From NCBI GenBank assembly GCA_023382875.1, contig JAHDXH010000001.1:95527-159526 (forward strand): 64,000 nucleotides of DNA. The letters run 5' to 3'. The DNA is from Patescibacteria group bacterium (GTDB lineage: Bacteria; Patescibacteriota; Microgenomatia; UBA1400; PJMF01). Under the pieces are notes generated by a model, which was not told the DNA's origin, made no database searches, and was given only the letters and a program-made list of their open reading frames with translations. Below, piece after piece: positions 36,982 through 47,171 of the stretch. The translations under genes and the position numbers were made by a program. Every line of letters starts with the position of its first letter. Position 1 is the stretch's first letter.

Positions 36982-38637
36982 TTATAACTGATCGAACTCG
37001 ATAGTTTCATCTTGTTCTAAAACAATATTTTTTATTTCATCTTGAACGGTAATGGTGTGCGGAACTGGAGCAAGACCAGGTTGTTTTCTAATGAAGATTT
37101 TGCAGGCCTGTTCTTGGCAAATAGCAGGATGACTAATTACAACGGTTAATTCTGCACTTTGTCCAGCTGGCAAAGCAAGCATTAAGCCAATTTCTTTAAA
37201 CTCTTCATGACTGCTGGTTTTAACTAGGCCTTCGTCATAACTAGAAATGGATTGGCCATTGTAAGCAATTTCTCTAATGGTGGTCGCGGGATCAAAATAC
37301 AGACGGTGATAATTAATGTAGTCTTCACTACTTTCAGAATCGTCATTATGAAACATAGTGCTGATGGTGGTGCTTTGAGAGTTGGTTTTTATATTAGTAG
37401 TGCGACTAATTTTTTTGTTGGCTTTATTAATTCCAACGTTTGATTCGACTTGACCAATAAATAAATCTGCATCTTTTGGTCTCGAGAGTGATCCGGAAAT
37501 TTTATATTTTTCAAATAAATTTTGTAGATGCTCATCCCAAGCAAAAAATTGAAGTTCTTTTCTAGGGAGTGCTAATTGAGTAGCTTGAGCAATGCTCAAA
37601 ATTTGAGCTTGAGAAAGTGTGGTAATTTTAATTTTCAAATTGGTAAACAAACTGCCTAAAAAGTTTATTTTTTGCTTGCTGCCAGCAAAAAATGAATTAC
37701 GGTCGGCATGTGCAAGATCAGTTAAATTATCGGCACTGGCAGTTAGTCCATAATCTGGTAAATAAATTTCGCCTACGATTTTAAGAATTCTTTCAACTAA
37801 GTCGACATTTAAGGTCACGATGAGATCTACATCTTTTTCGTGTCCAAAGGCAAAATAAGTAGCGATAGTTTTGGCTGATGAAGGAAAGTCTGGATTCCAG
37901 TTAGAATCTGGTAAGCGTAGTCCGTTGCCCCCACTTAGGTATTCTTTGGCCCCAGGTGGAGCGTCGACAAAACCCATGAATTGACCATCTGGTTCATAAA
38001 TATCTTGAATATCTAGGTTAGTAATCTTGCCTTCTTCCATCGTAATTTTTGCATACGAACCCATGAAACCACCCGTTGCTCTGATTTCTTCGGTGTTTTG
38101 GAATAGAACAATAATTTGTTTTTTACCTACACTCAAATATTGATTGGCACTTAAAAAATCTGAACCAATGCTATTGACCTGACTGAGTGGCTGAAGAAGT
38201 TTGGATCTTTTTAAGAAAAGTGATTTTTTCATCAAAACCTCTAGTTGTGTAGTTTTTTCTAGTAATTTTTGCCAGTCCTGTCCTAGTTGAGCTAAATTGG
38301 CTGTGGGTTGAGATGGATCAAGTAAATGTTTGCCAACAAAACTTAGCTGATGTGAAAAATCTTCTAATTCATCGATGGAGTTTAAAGCTAAGCTCCAGCT
38401 TTCTAAGGTTGAACTTTGCTTCAATAAAAGATAGCTAAAAACTGTTGGCGCTATCTTGGCTGATTGAGCAACAGTTTTGGCTCTAGTGAAGTTTTGTTGT
38501 TTGATTAAGTCGATGACTTTATCAGTTTGCCAGAGAGAAAAAAGTAATGAAACGATAATAAAACCAATTAAACTCAAGCCAATAAGCAATAAAGTGGTGG
38601 TTACTTTAGCTGGTAAAGGCAGTCTTGTTCTAAGCAT
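36982..38637 (-). CDS. DUF4012-like membrane-anchored protein
   Basis: FQNTEEIRATGGFMG, DSNWNPDFP, NVGINK, KQPG. Confidence 0.75.
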   Translation of the reverse strand: MLRTRLPLPAKVTTTLLLIGLSLIGFIIVSLLFSLWQTDKVIDLIKQQNFTRAKTVAQSAKIAPTVFSYLLLKQSSTLESWSLALNSIDELEDFSHQLSFVGKHLLDPSQPTANLAQLGQDWQKLLEKTTQLEVLMKKSLFLKRSKLLQPLSQVNSIGSDFLSANQYLSVGKKQIIVLFQNTEEIRATGGFMGSYAKITMEEGKITNLDIQDIYEPDGQFMGFVDAPPGAKEYLSGGNGLRLPDSNWNPDFPSSAKTIATYFAFGHEKDVDLIVTLNVDLVERILKIVGEIYLPDYGLTASADNLTDLAHADRNSFFAGSKQKINFLGSLFTNLKIKITTLSQAQILSIAQATQLALPRKELQFFAWDEHLQNLFEKYKISGSLSRPKDADLFIGQVESNVGINKANKKISRTTNIKTNSQSTTISTMFHNDDSESSEDYINYHRLYFDPATTIREIAYNGQSISSYDEGLVKTSSHEEFKEIGLMLALPAGQSAELTVVISHPAICQEQACKIFIRKQPGLAPVPHTITVQDEIKNIVLEQDETIEFDQL

Positions 38638-40187
38638 GTAATGAGTTGATAGTTAGCTGAAGAAAAGTTTTGATACTCACTTTGTTCATTCTGATGAAGT
38701 AGTACCAATTCTACCTTAGAATTTTTGAGGTGAGTGATTGTTTCTAAGCTATCAAGTCTGTTAGAAATAGTGTGCCAAAGATTCTCACTTTCTGGCGGAG
38801 CAAAGCCACTAAAGCCATTGTAAAGTTTTTTCTGATGATAACTCTGATATAAAAGTCGATCGGCTTCATGGAAATATTTGTCGGTTTGGCTCCAAACGTA
38901 AGTTGGAAATTCAGCTAAAACTGGTTCCGGCCTTTGCTTGATCACTTCGTAAATTGGTGGAACGTTGATTTCAATCATAAATATTTTTTGTCTTGGTAGG
39001 CGTAAAAACCAGAGTACAAAGATGATAATAAAAACAATTAGCCAGTTGAGTTTATTTTGCTGATTATTTTTTAACTTATTTAAGTACAGATTATGTTGTA
39101 GGAAATATGGAATCAGCAAGCTCAGACCAAAGCCAAGTAAAACTATAAATCGTGATGAGGCTCGAAATGCTTGAAAGCCGGGTATCAAATAATAGGCAAT
39201 TCCATAAGGCAGTGGAATAGGAAAACCGGCAATCTTAATTGTTTGATCATGAATTTTGAGAGCTGGACCTAGCATGAATGTTAGTCCAACTAGAGAAATT
39301 ATTGAGGAGATAATTAGCCATTTTTTGTCAATTTTTTCCTGGAGTCCAATTCCTAAAACAGCGAACAAAGCTCCAAAAAAAAGCATCTCTGGTTCTAAAA
39401 GCTTTTCTAAACCAAAGGCAAAATGGGCAGCATCGCGAATAGTCCTAGTAAATTGAAATTCATTTTTGACCTGAAAGTACGGTAAGTAAAAAAAGCCAAG
39501 CAAAAGAAAGCTGCCTATTAGTAAAGGAAGAATTGATTTCCAATTGATCAACAATTTGTTTCTAATGTTTTTATTGAAAATAAAAATAATAGCTAAGCTT
39601 ATCGCGACGAAATAACCGGACATAGGAGAGTTAAGAAACTGATATAAGCAAGCTAAACTCAATCCTACTAAATATTTGTTTTTTTCTGTTTTTTCAAAGC
39701 GAAGTAAAAAGAAAATCGCCAAAGGTAGGCCAGCCATTAAAAATACATGCAAATGCGCCATGTAGTCCAAATGAATATGGGAAAAAGAAAATATAACTCC
39801 TGATAAAACGGCAAGTGATTCTTTTTTGAAAATTTCTTTGCCCAATAAATATTGGCAGAAAAAAATTACCACACTCCCTGTGATTAAGTGCAAATTATTG
39901 TTAAAAATAATGTTGGTTGAGCCAATTAGCAAAAGTGGAATATTAAAAAGTGCCGTCGATAAAAAAAGATCGGAGTATGCTATGGTATTTTGGTAAGGAT
40001 AAAAAAACGGAGCATTAAAAAAGTTTTGACCAGAAGTGAAGGCTTTGCTGCCCCAATCTATAAGCCAAGCTACAAGTATCCCGTCTTGTCTTGAGTAAAG
40101 GTGAGTGTTTAGTTTTCCTAAAATTGGCCACAAAAAAACCGCTGTTAGGATAATGCCAAAAAGCAAACCTCGCAGCGGTTTTAACAT
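38601..40187 (-). CDS. Polytopic membrane protein, GT-C-like
   Basis: FFYPYQNTIAYSD, RASSRF, LYNGFSGFAP. Confidence 0.65.
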   Translation of the reverse strand: MLKPLRGLLFGIILTAVFLWPILGKLNTHLYSRQDGILVAWLIDWGSKAFTSGQNFFNAPFFYPYQNTIAYSDLFLSTALFNIPLLLIGSTNIIFNNNLHLITGSVVIFFCQYLLGKEIFKKESLAVLSGVIFSFSHIHLDYMAHLHVFLMAGLPLAIFFLLRFEKTEKNKYLVGLSLACLYQFLNSPMSGYFVAISLAIIFIFNKNIRNKLLINWKSILPLLIGSFLLLGFFYLPYFQVKNEFQFTRTIRDAAHFAFGLEKLLEPEMLFFGALFAVLGIGLQEKIDKKWLIISSIISLVGLTFMLGPALKIHDQTIKIAGFPIPLPYGIAYYLIPGFQAFRASSRFIVLLGFGLSLLIPYFLQHNLYLNKLKNNQQNKLNWLIVFIIIFVLWFLRLPRQKIFMIEINVPPIYEVIKQRPEPVLAEFPTYVWSQTDKYFHEADRLLYQSYHQKKLYNGFSGFAPPESENLWHTISNRLDSLETITHLKNSKVELVLLHQNEQSEYQNFSSANYQLITCLEQDCLYQLK

Positions 40188-40194
40188 ATTTTTT

Positions 40195-40848
40195 CTATTT
40201 CAATTTAATGGAGAGAATTTTATCTCCTTGAGCAATGCTCATTAGCACATCCATACCTTCGGTTACTTGGCCAAAGACCGCATGTTTACCGTCAAGCCAT
40301 GGAGTAGCGACGTGGGTGATAAAGAATTGACTACCGCCACTATTTGGACCAGCATTGGCCATCGAAACTATGCCTGGTTTGTCATGGACTAAATTAGGTG
40401 AAAATTCGTCCTTAATCCTGTAACCAGGACCACCTGTTCCCCATCTTGATTTTGCGTTTTCGTCTTTACTGAGTGGATCGCCAACCTGTGCCATGAAATC
40501 TTCAATGACACGGTGGAAAACTACTTGGTCATAAAAGCCAGAACTAGCTAAATCAACAAAGTTAGCTGTGGTTAGTGGTGCTTCGTCTCTGAAAAGATCG
40601 ATGGTAATTTCACCCTTAGTGGTAACAAGCGTAGCCTCTTTGGCTGGATTTGGTTTGAAGTCGGAAAGTTCTTTGAATTCTTCCATAGCGGTAGTTTTTG
40701 GTTGGGCCGATGGTGTGGCTAATTTAGTTAATATTGATTTGGATTCTAACTTGCTTGAGTTGGTTTGAGAAGTCGTGCAAGCGGAAACAAAAAATACCGC
40801 CAACAACAAGATAAAAATTTTGGAAATTAATGCTGAATTATTATTCAT
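40195..40848 (-). CDS. Cyclophilin-type peptidyl-prolyl isomerase, lipoprotein
   Basis: Lipobox VSAC; FHRVI, QVGDP, SMANAGP, GSQFFI, WLDGKH. Confidence 0.93.
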   Translation of the reverse strand: MNNNSALISKIFILLLAVFFVSACTTSQTNSSKLESKSILTKLATPSAQPKTTAMEEFKELSDFKPNPAKEATLVTTKGEITIDLFRDEAPLTTANFVDLASSGFYDQVVFHRVIEDFMAQVGDPLSKDENAKSRWGTGGPGYRIKDEFSPNLVHDKPGIVSMANAGPNSGGSQFFITHVATPWLDGKHAVFGQVTEGMDVLMSIAQGDKILSIKLK

Positions 40849-40942
40849 AAATAGATAATCTAAGATTTTTACCAGGTTTGGCAAGTATTAAATCTTGATT
40901 CTCTCTGTAAAGATCTTCATAATAATTTTATTACCTAAAGAT

Positions 40943-41920
40943 ATGAGTGTTTTTGCCGTTCTCAAACATTTATTCCATCCGCAGAGATCGAATAATCATC
41001 GACCTCGAATTTTGCATTCCCGCTCTTATCCACATCTTGCGTTAATTGCCCTGGGTTTTTTTGGTTTACTTAATAGTTCTTTGATCAAATTTGATAAGTT
41101 TGGTTACGTTTTGGGCTTTGCTTCTAGCATTACACCTAGCCAAGTAGTTGAGTTGACTAATGCCGAAAGAGCAAAAGTTGGCCTTCCTCCCCTAGAGATG
41201 AATTCTAAGCTTTCCAGTGCTGCTTTGGCCAAGGGTCAAGATATGCTTACTGATCAGTACTGGGCTCATATTTCTCCCGATGGCAAAGAACCATGGAGTT
41301 TTATCAAAGAATCTGGTTATACCTATAAGGTAGCCGGTGAAAACTTAGCTCGAGACTTTTACAGTACGGGTGATATGGTGGCCGCTTGGATGAATTCACC
41401 CACTCACAAGGCAAATATTGTTAACAGCAACTACAAAGAAATTGGAATAGCTGTGATTGATGGTTCCTTGCTTGGTCATGAAACCACCTTGGTGGTGCAA
41501 ATGTTTGGTACACAACCCACTCCAACTCAAGTAGCTCAAGTGTCACCCAAGGCTACTCAGGTAGTGGCAGAAGCTCCAGAAGCTGAAACAATAAGCTTAA
41601 CCAAGCCCGAACCAACGCCAGACTTAGTTCAATTTGTAGAATTAGCTCAGCCAACAACCATTTCTCAACCAGCAGTCTTGGCTAGCGTTTTAGTTCCAAG
41701 CGGGAGTTTGACTCTGCCACCTCTATTTTCTGCTTTACAGTTAACCAAAGCTTTCTTCTTGGCTATGATTATTATGATTGTCTTAACTTTGGTTTACGAT
41801 GCCTTTGTGATTGGTCACTATAAAACCGCACGCTTGGTGGGTAAAAACTTAGCTCATATTTTGTTCTTTACTGCAGTAGGGTTTTTGTTGATTTTCTTTA
41901 AAGGAGGAATTGTGGGATGA
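40943..41920 (+). CDS. CAP (SCP) domain membrane protein
   Basis: TNAER, YWAH, AGENLA, WMNSPTHKANI, VQMFG. Confidence 0.9.
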   Translation: MSVFAVLKHLFHPQRSNNHRPRILHSRSYPHLALIALGFFGLLNSSLIKFDKFGYVLGFASSITPSQVVELTNAERAKVGLPPLEMNSKLSSAALAKGQDMLTDQYWAHISPDGKEPWSFIKESGYTYKVAGENLARDFYSTGDMVAAWMNSPTHKANIVNSNYKEIGIAVIDGSLLGHETTLVVQMFGTQPTPTQVAQVSPKATQVVAEAPEAETISLTKPEPTPDLVQFVELAQPTTISQPAVLASVLVPSGSLTLPPLFSALQLTKAFFLAMIIMIVLTLVYDAFVIGHYKTARLVGKNLAHILFFTAVGFLLIFFKGGIVG

Positions 41921-42174
41921 AAGACGAACTATTTAAACACAAGCTGGCATACGCTGTTTTGTTATTTGGAATTTTAATTTTCATTTTCTTATTTTTGGGA
42001 GCTTGGCCAGATCGTTGGATTCAGCGCATGGTAGTCGTAGGTATGTCCACCTACTATTTTTTGTGGGGAATGTTGACTCACTTCAAAACCAAAACAATTA
42101 CAAGAAGTGTGATGTGGGAGTATGGCATGGTTTCACTCTTGGCATGCGTACTCCTGCTTTTAATAACGGTATGA
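41917..42174 (+). CDS. Small membrane protein
   Basis: 3 TM helices, ATGA overlap with the upstream gene. Confidence 0.75.
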   Translation: MKDELFKHKLAYAVLLFGILIFIFLFLGAWPDRWIQRMVVVGMSTYYFLWGMLTHFKTKTITRSVMWEYGMVSLLACVLLLLITV

Positions 42175-42201
42175 TTAAGAGTGTGATATAGTAGCCCCAT
42201 T

Positions 42202-42924
42202 ATGAAAGGTATCATTTTAGCCGGTGGTTCAGGTACAAGACTTCGTCCTTTGACCAGAGTTACTAGCAAACAACTTCTCCCTATTTATAACAAGCCAATG
42301 ATTTTTTACCCGCTCGAAACTTTGATGAGGGCTGGGATAAAGGAAATTTTAATCATTGTTGCTCCAGATCATGCTGGCGACTTTTTGAAACTTTTGGGGT
42401 CTGGTAAAGAATTCGGTTGCAAATTTACGTATGAAATTCAAGACAAACCTGAGGGCTTACCCCAAGCTTTTGTGATCGGTGAAAACTTTATTGGCAAAGA
42501 CAACGTCACTTTAATTCTCGGTGATAACTTGTATGAAGATGATTTCACTGAAGCTATTCGCACTTTCAAATCTGGGGGTCGGGTTTTTGCTAAAAAAGTC
42601 AAAGATCCAGAGAGGTTTGGCGTGGTGGAATTTGATTCTAACAATCACGCAATCTCCATCGAAGAAAAACCTGAGCATCCAAAGTCGGAGTTTGCAGTGA
42701 CTGGCTTGTACATTTACGACAATTCAGTGATTCAAAAAACTAAAGCTTTGGTGCCATCAAGTCGCGGTGAGTATGAAATTACTGATCTTAATAATGTTTA
42801 TCTAAAAGAAGGCACCTTAGACGTAGCTTTCGTTTCTGGTAAATGGTTGGACACGGGTACTTTCGAATCACTTCACGAAGCGATTGTTTTCGCTCGTGAC
42901 AGAGAATTGGCTAGTCATAACTAA
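42202..42924 (+). CDS. rfbA: Glucose-1-phosphate thymidylyltransferase (short RfbA/SpsI type)
   Basis: [33 protein letters not shown]. Confidence 0.9.
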   Translation: MKGIILAGGSGTRLRPLTRVTSKQLLPIYNKPMIFYPLETLMRAGIKEILIIVAPDHAGDFLKLLGSGKEFGCKFTYEIQDKPEGLPQAFVIGENFIGKDNVTLILGDNLYEDDFTEAIRTFKSGGRVFAKKVKDPERFGVVEFDSNNHAISIEEKPEHPKSEFAVTGLYIYDNSVIQKTKALVPSSRGEYEITDLNNVYLKEGTLDVAFVSGKWLDTGTFESLHEAIVFARDRELASHN

Positions 42925-42948
42925 AAGTTTTAGTTACAATAAAGACTG

Positions 42949-43749
42949 ATGAAGAAAACAATTGTCTCCATTCTATTTTTTTTGTTGATGATTTCTCCTG
43001 TCTGGGCTCATGCTCAAGTTGATTTGATTTCAGAAAAGAAAAGTATTATTGAAGAAATCGCTGAAGTTGATCGTACCTATAAAGGTCAACTGGCCGAATA
43101 TCGTCAGGCTGCTGATCAGTTCAACATTGCCAAAGGTCAATTTACTAAGCTCAATACTCTGGCTTCTTTGGAAGTGGCAGTTCAAGATGGCAGAAAGGCC
43201 TTACTCCTTAGAGATCGTGTTTTGCTTACTTATTTAAAATTGATTGAATTGAAACTTTTGGAATCTGATGGCATCAATCTGGAAGAAAAAACCATCGCTT
43301 TGGATATGACTAAAGATTTGCAGCAAGATTTTCAGGCACACCTTGATTTGACTAATAATGCTATTGATAGAGTGGCTGTGAATCAAGTTGCTGATGACTT
43401 TGAAATCTTGGCGCCCAAAATTACTAATCTCTCTAATTACGTTTCTACTCTATTGAGAATTGGTAAGCTTCAAACTATTTATGATCATTCACTATCTTTA
43501 GTTGAAAAAACCAATCCTAACGCTGCTGGTGCCGAACCTTCTTTGAAACAAAATGAAATGATCAGGGCTCACACCGAAGTTGTAAATCTGATGGAAAAAA
43601 TTTACACCAACCTTAGATATGGTTGGGACGAAATCAGAGTGGCTAGAGAGAAAGAAAAACCAATTGATATCTCCAAGAGCAACGCTAGTGTTTTTGCTGA
43701 TTTATCACAAACTATGCTCTTTTTGGCAGAAATTGTAAGTAAAAGATAA
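42949..43749 (+). CDS. Secreted helical hypothetical protein
   Basis: Signal peptide ending AHA, coiled-coil composition. Confidence 0.75.
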   Translation: MKKTIVSILFFLLMISPVWAHAQVDLISEKKSIIEEIAEVDRTYKGQLAEYRQAADQFNIAKGQFTKLNTLASLEVAVQDGRKALLLRDRVLLTYLKLIELKLLESDGINLEEKTIALDMTKDLQQDFQAHLDLTNNAIDRVAVNQVADDFEILAPKITNLSNYVSTLLRIGKLQTIYDHSLSLVEKTNPNAAGAEPSLKQNEMIRAHTEVVNLMEKIYTNLRYGWDEIRVAREKEKPIDISKSNASVFADLSQTMLFLAEIVSKR

Positions 43750-44141
43750 TGCAAAATTTAGATTCTAATCAAACTCAATTTGCAGAAATTACACCAGTCT
43801 TCGAATCTGGCTCAACTTCTGTGGCACCAAAGAAAGTTCAAAATGATGAACCTGTTAAGAAAAAGTCAAATTTGCCTCTTTTGGTTGGAGCATTAGCTTT
43901 GGTTTTGGCTTTTGTTTTTCTGATTATTTTAATCTCGGTTAAACTTGCCATGAATACCAATTCAGAAAATAAAACTGATGATGGTCGAATAGTTGAACAA
44001 AATGATGGACAAGTTGATCCATTGCTAGAGGAAATTTACGATTTAGATGATCAATTGCAAAGCTCTGATCCTACCATCGATGAGATTCCTTTCCCTCCAG
44101 TTGATATGACCTTGCGCTTAGACGCTCCTAAAAAGAAATAA
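43749..44141 (+). CDS. Single-TM hypothetical protein
   Basis: KKK + TM helix; translationally coupled (TAATG). Confidence 0.7.
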   Translation: MQNLDSNQTQFAEITPVFESGSTSVAPKKVQNDEPVKKKSNLPLLVGALALVLAFVFLIILISVKLAMNTNSENKTDDGRIVEQNDGQVDPLLEEIYDLDDQLQSSDPTIDEIPFPPVDMTLRLDAPKKK

Positions 44142-44180
44142 TTTTAGTTTCCTGTAAGGTTGAATTGTTATTTTGTGGCT

Positions 44181-45701
44181 ATGACCACAAAAGTTTTTTC
44201 GGCTCTTATGTTTGGATTGTCGGCAATTAAAATCGAAATAGAAGTCGACCTTAATAAAGGTAAGCCAGGTTGCTCTATTATTGGTTTGCCAAGCAGAGCT
44301 GTGGCAGAAGCTAAGGAAAGATTTACGTCGGCGCTCCAAAACTCTGGTATCAGAATTAGAAGCAAGAAAACTGTTATTAATCTGGCTCCTGCCGGTGTTA
44401 AAAAGACAGATAACAACTTTGATCTTGCTATGGCTGTGGCATTGCTTGAGGCTTATGGTGAGATTTCTGTTTCCGATGCCACCACTTTGTGGTTGGGAGA
44501 GTTATCTTTGACTGGTCAGTTGAGGCCGATTAGAGGTTTGTTGGCTCTCGTTTTGGCGGCTAAAAAGTTGGGTTTTGCGAAAGTGGTTTTTCCTTCGTGT
44601 CAGAAGAAAGAGGTCGAGTTTGTCGATAGTATTGCTTTATACCCCGCTGATTCACTCACACAAATAATCAGCTTAGATAAAACTGGTTCGTCTTTAGCCA
44701 AACTGAAACCAACAATTTTTTTAGATAAAGCACTGGGAAGAAATACTTATTCGCAATTAGATTTGTCTTTGATTGCTGGACAAAAAAGAGCCAAGCGAGC
44801 TTTAGAAATCTCGGCCGCGGGAGGACATAGTTTGCTTTTGGTGGGACCACCTGGGTCTGGTAAGAGCGAACTTGCAAAGACTTTGGCAACAATTTTGCCA
44901 CCATTAAGTATTGAAATGGCACTGGAAATTTCCACGCTCCATTCTTTAAATAACGTTTTAAGCGATGGATTAAGCTTATCCCCTCCTTTTCGTTCTCCAC
45001 ATCACTCAATTTCTTATGCTGGTTTGGTGGGTGGCGGCGAATCTCTAAAGCCAGGTGAAATTTCTTTGGCGCATCGCGGCGTGTTATTTTTGGATGAGTT
45101 ATTGGAATTTAATAGAACAACTCTGGAGGCACTTAGGCAGCCACTCGAAGATGGAACAATCACTATCTCAAGATTAGCTGGGCAGGTCAAATACCCTGCT
45201 CAATTTACGCTTCTCGCAACAACTAACCCGTGTCCATGCGGTGTTGCTGGGTCAGCAAATGGAATATGTAGCTGCAACCCTACTAGTTTAGAAAAATATA
45301 AACAAAAGCTTTCTGGTCCAGTACTTGATAGGATTGATTTGCAAATTAGGGTAGAAAAAATTCCCCAAAAAGTTTTAGTGACAGATTATGCTAATTTTGA
45401 AGAAAATTCAAAAACAGTCTTATCTAGAGTGACTAAAGCTAGAGCTTATCAAGCCCAAAGATTTTCCAAGACCAAGTTTAATTTGAATGCTGACTTAAGA
45501 TCTGTTTTCGTTAAAAAGTATTGCCCACTTAATAACAAAGCTGAAGATTTTTTCCTCAAGGCTTCGCAAAAATTCAACCTAACGGCTAGAAGTCATTTCA
45601 AAATATTAACAGTGGCTAGAACCATCGCTGATTTGGCAGAAAGTGAACAAATTGAGGTACCGCATTTGGCTGAAGCTTTGAGTTATCGTTTGGAGTGGTG
45701 A
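44181..45701 (+). CDS. comM: YifB/ComM Mg-chelatase-like AAA+ ATPase
   Basis: INLAPA, GPPGSGKS, PFRSPHHS, GEISLAHRGVLFLDE, NPCPCG, ARTIADL. Confidence 0.92.
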   Translation: MTTKVFSALMFGLSAIKIEIEVDLNKGKPGCSIIGLPSRAVAEAKERFTSALQNSGIRIRSKKTVINLAPAGVKKTDNNFDLAMAVALLEAYGEISVSDATTLWLGELSLTGQLRPIRGLLALVLAAKKLGFAKVVFPSCQKKEVEFVDSIALYPADSLTQIISLDKTGSSLAKLKPTIFLDKALGRNTYSQLDLSLIAGQKRAKRALEISAAGGHSLLLVGPPGSGKSELAKTLATILPPLSIEMALEISTLHSLNNVLSDGLSLSPPFRSPHHSISYAGLVGGGESLKPGEISLAHRGVLFLDELLEFNRTTLEALRQPLEDGTITISRLAGQVKYPAQFTLLATTNPCPCGVAGSANGICSCNPTSLEKYKQKLSGPVLDRIDLQIRVEKIPQKVLVTDYANFEENSKTVLSRVTKARAYQAQRFSKTKFNLNADLRSVFVKKYCPLNNKAEDFFLKASQKFNLTARSHFKILTVARTIADLAESEQIEVPHLAEALSYRLEW

Positions 45702-45714
45702 AAAATTGGGAAAA

Positions 45715-45791
45715 TGGTGGGTGTGCTTGGAATCGAACCAAGGACCTCAGTCTTATCAGGACTGCGCTCTAACCATCTGAGCTACACACCC
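45715..45791 (-). tRNA. tRNA-Ile(GAU)
   Basis: Cloverleaf GGGTGTG..CAGTC-CTGATAA-GACTG..GGTTCGATTCC..CACACCC-ACCA. Confidence 0.97.
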
Positions 45792-45837
45792 ATGTTTGAG
45801 ATATATATTTTATCACATCTTGGGTAAATTAATAATC

Positions 45838-45869
45838 AAAAAAAACGCCACAGTGTGATGTGTGGCGCT
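45838..45869 (-). terminator. Intrinsic terminator of the small accessory gene
   Basis: CGCCACA/TGTGGCG stem followed by a U-run on the minus strand. Confidence 0.7.
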
Positions 45870-45891
45870 CTTGTGTGGTCTTGAAGTTGAC

Positions 45892-46095
45892 CTAATGGCG
45901 CGGATAGCGGTGGCGTAAGCCCATGCCATCGTACAGGTCATCTTCAAATTGGTGTTGCTGATGGATATGGGGTGCGATTGTTTCATCGTGATCTCGCTTG
46001 ACGGCTGGTGATGAAAAAAGTTTTTCCATCAAAACCTTGCCAATGAGCAGAATCACGACAATAACAATAACAACAATCAAAACTTCGTTTCCCAT
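45892..46095 (-). CDS. Small single-TM, His-rich hypothetical protein
   Basis: GAGGAG SD, TTGACA-N16-GATAAT promoter at 46131-46158, own terminator. Confidence 0.7.
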   Translation of the reverse strand: MGNEVLIVVIVIVVILLIGKVLMEKLFSSPAVKRDHDETIAPHIHQQHQFEDDLYDGMGLRHRYPRH

Positions 46096-46161
46096 GAGAG
46101 TCTCCTCTTCATCTAAACAACGTTCGAAACATTATCTAAAATTTGGAGTAATTGTCAATGA

Positions 46162-47139
46162 TTATTGTGATGGGACCGTCAAAATGGTTTTCTGGTAAGC
46201 TTGGAATTGTTTGGTGGGAAGATTTTCTCGGTCAAGAAAAGAAAAGCCAGCAAAAGGGCCAGGATCGCCATGCAAAATAAAAGGCGTGACTGCTTTGACT
46301 CTGCTATCTGACCAAATGTGAAGCGCCGCATAACGGTAGTAAGATTCTAGCCAGCGATTGGTGAGGCTATTGCTTAGCCAGCCGGTTTCGGTGATATAAA
46401 CAGGTAAGTCTTTACCAGAAATTTTTTTGATATAAGCTAGCTCATATTTGAAGCCACTCAAAGAGTTTTTACCTGTTTGGTATGGTGAAGAAATAAAGCC
46501 AGGATTAGGATAAGAATGCGAGTTCCAATAATCAATAACGCTAAAAATTTCTTGATCTTCTTCATACATTTGATCTAAAAAATTAAAAGCTTCCATAGTA
46601 CTTCTGCTATTTGGAGCTGCTAAATCAAGACCAGCCGGCAAGACTTTGTAGTTTTTGTTTTCAGTATGGGCCCAATCGGCAGCAAATCTTAACACCCGGG
46701 CATATTCTCTTGGGTCAATTGACCCTCCAAACTCTGGAGCATGATTAGGTTCATTGAAAATGATGATCAATCTTTCTTCGATTGGCCACTCAAATTGGGA
46801 CAAAAATTTGAATTGCTCAATGATGTCTTTGCGCGTTGGGCGTTGCCAACTACCATTTTCAAATTTGGTTACTAGGCGGACAATTGGTATAAATTTTTGT
46901 ACCTTGGATTGTTCGAAGAAACTTTTCCATTCTTCAACTTTATTTAAATCAGATAGCGGTAATGGGATGGTTAGGTAATGCCAGTCATCGTTGTTGGTTT
47001 TAAGAAGGCTGACTGCATCTTTAACCTCTCCTGGATGAAGAATATGAATGCCGGCTTTGGAGCCGAGTTGAGCGTGAGCTACTTTGGGACTAAGCAGAAA
47101 TATGGCAAAGATGGTGGCAAGTAGAAGGCGAACTTTCAC
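46162..47139 (-). CDS. Secreted clan GH-A glycoside hydrolase-like protein
   Basis: Signal peptide, FNEPN acid/base, HSYP, ITETGW nucleophile. Confidence 0.8.
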   Translation of the reverse strand: MKVRLLLATIFAIFLLSPKVAHAQLGSKAGIHILHPGEVKDAVSLLKTNNDDWHYLTIPLPLSDLNKVEEWKSFFEQSKVQKFIPIVRLVTKFENGSWQRPTRKDIIEQFKFLSQFEWPIEERLIIIFNEPNHAPEFGGSIDPREYARVLRFAADWAHTENKNYKVLPAGLDLAAPNSRSTMEAFNFLDQMYEEDQEIFSVIDYWNSHSYPNPGFISSPYQTGKNSLSGFKYELAYIKKISGKDLPVYITETGWLSNSLTNRWLESYYRYAALHIWSDSRVKAVTPFILHGDPGPFAGFSFLDRENLPTKQFQAYQKTILTVPSQ

Positions 47140-47171
47140 ACTCTGTTATCTTTTGTTATACTCTTGGGCAC

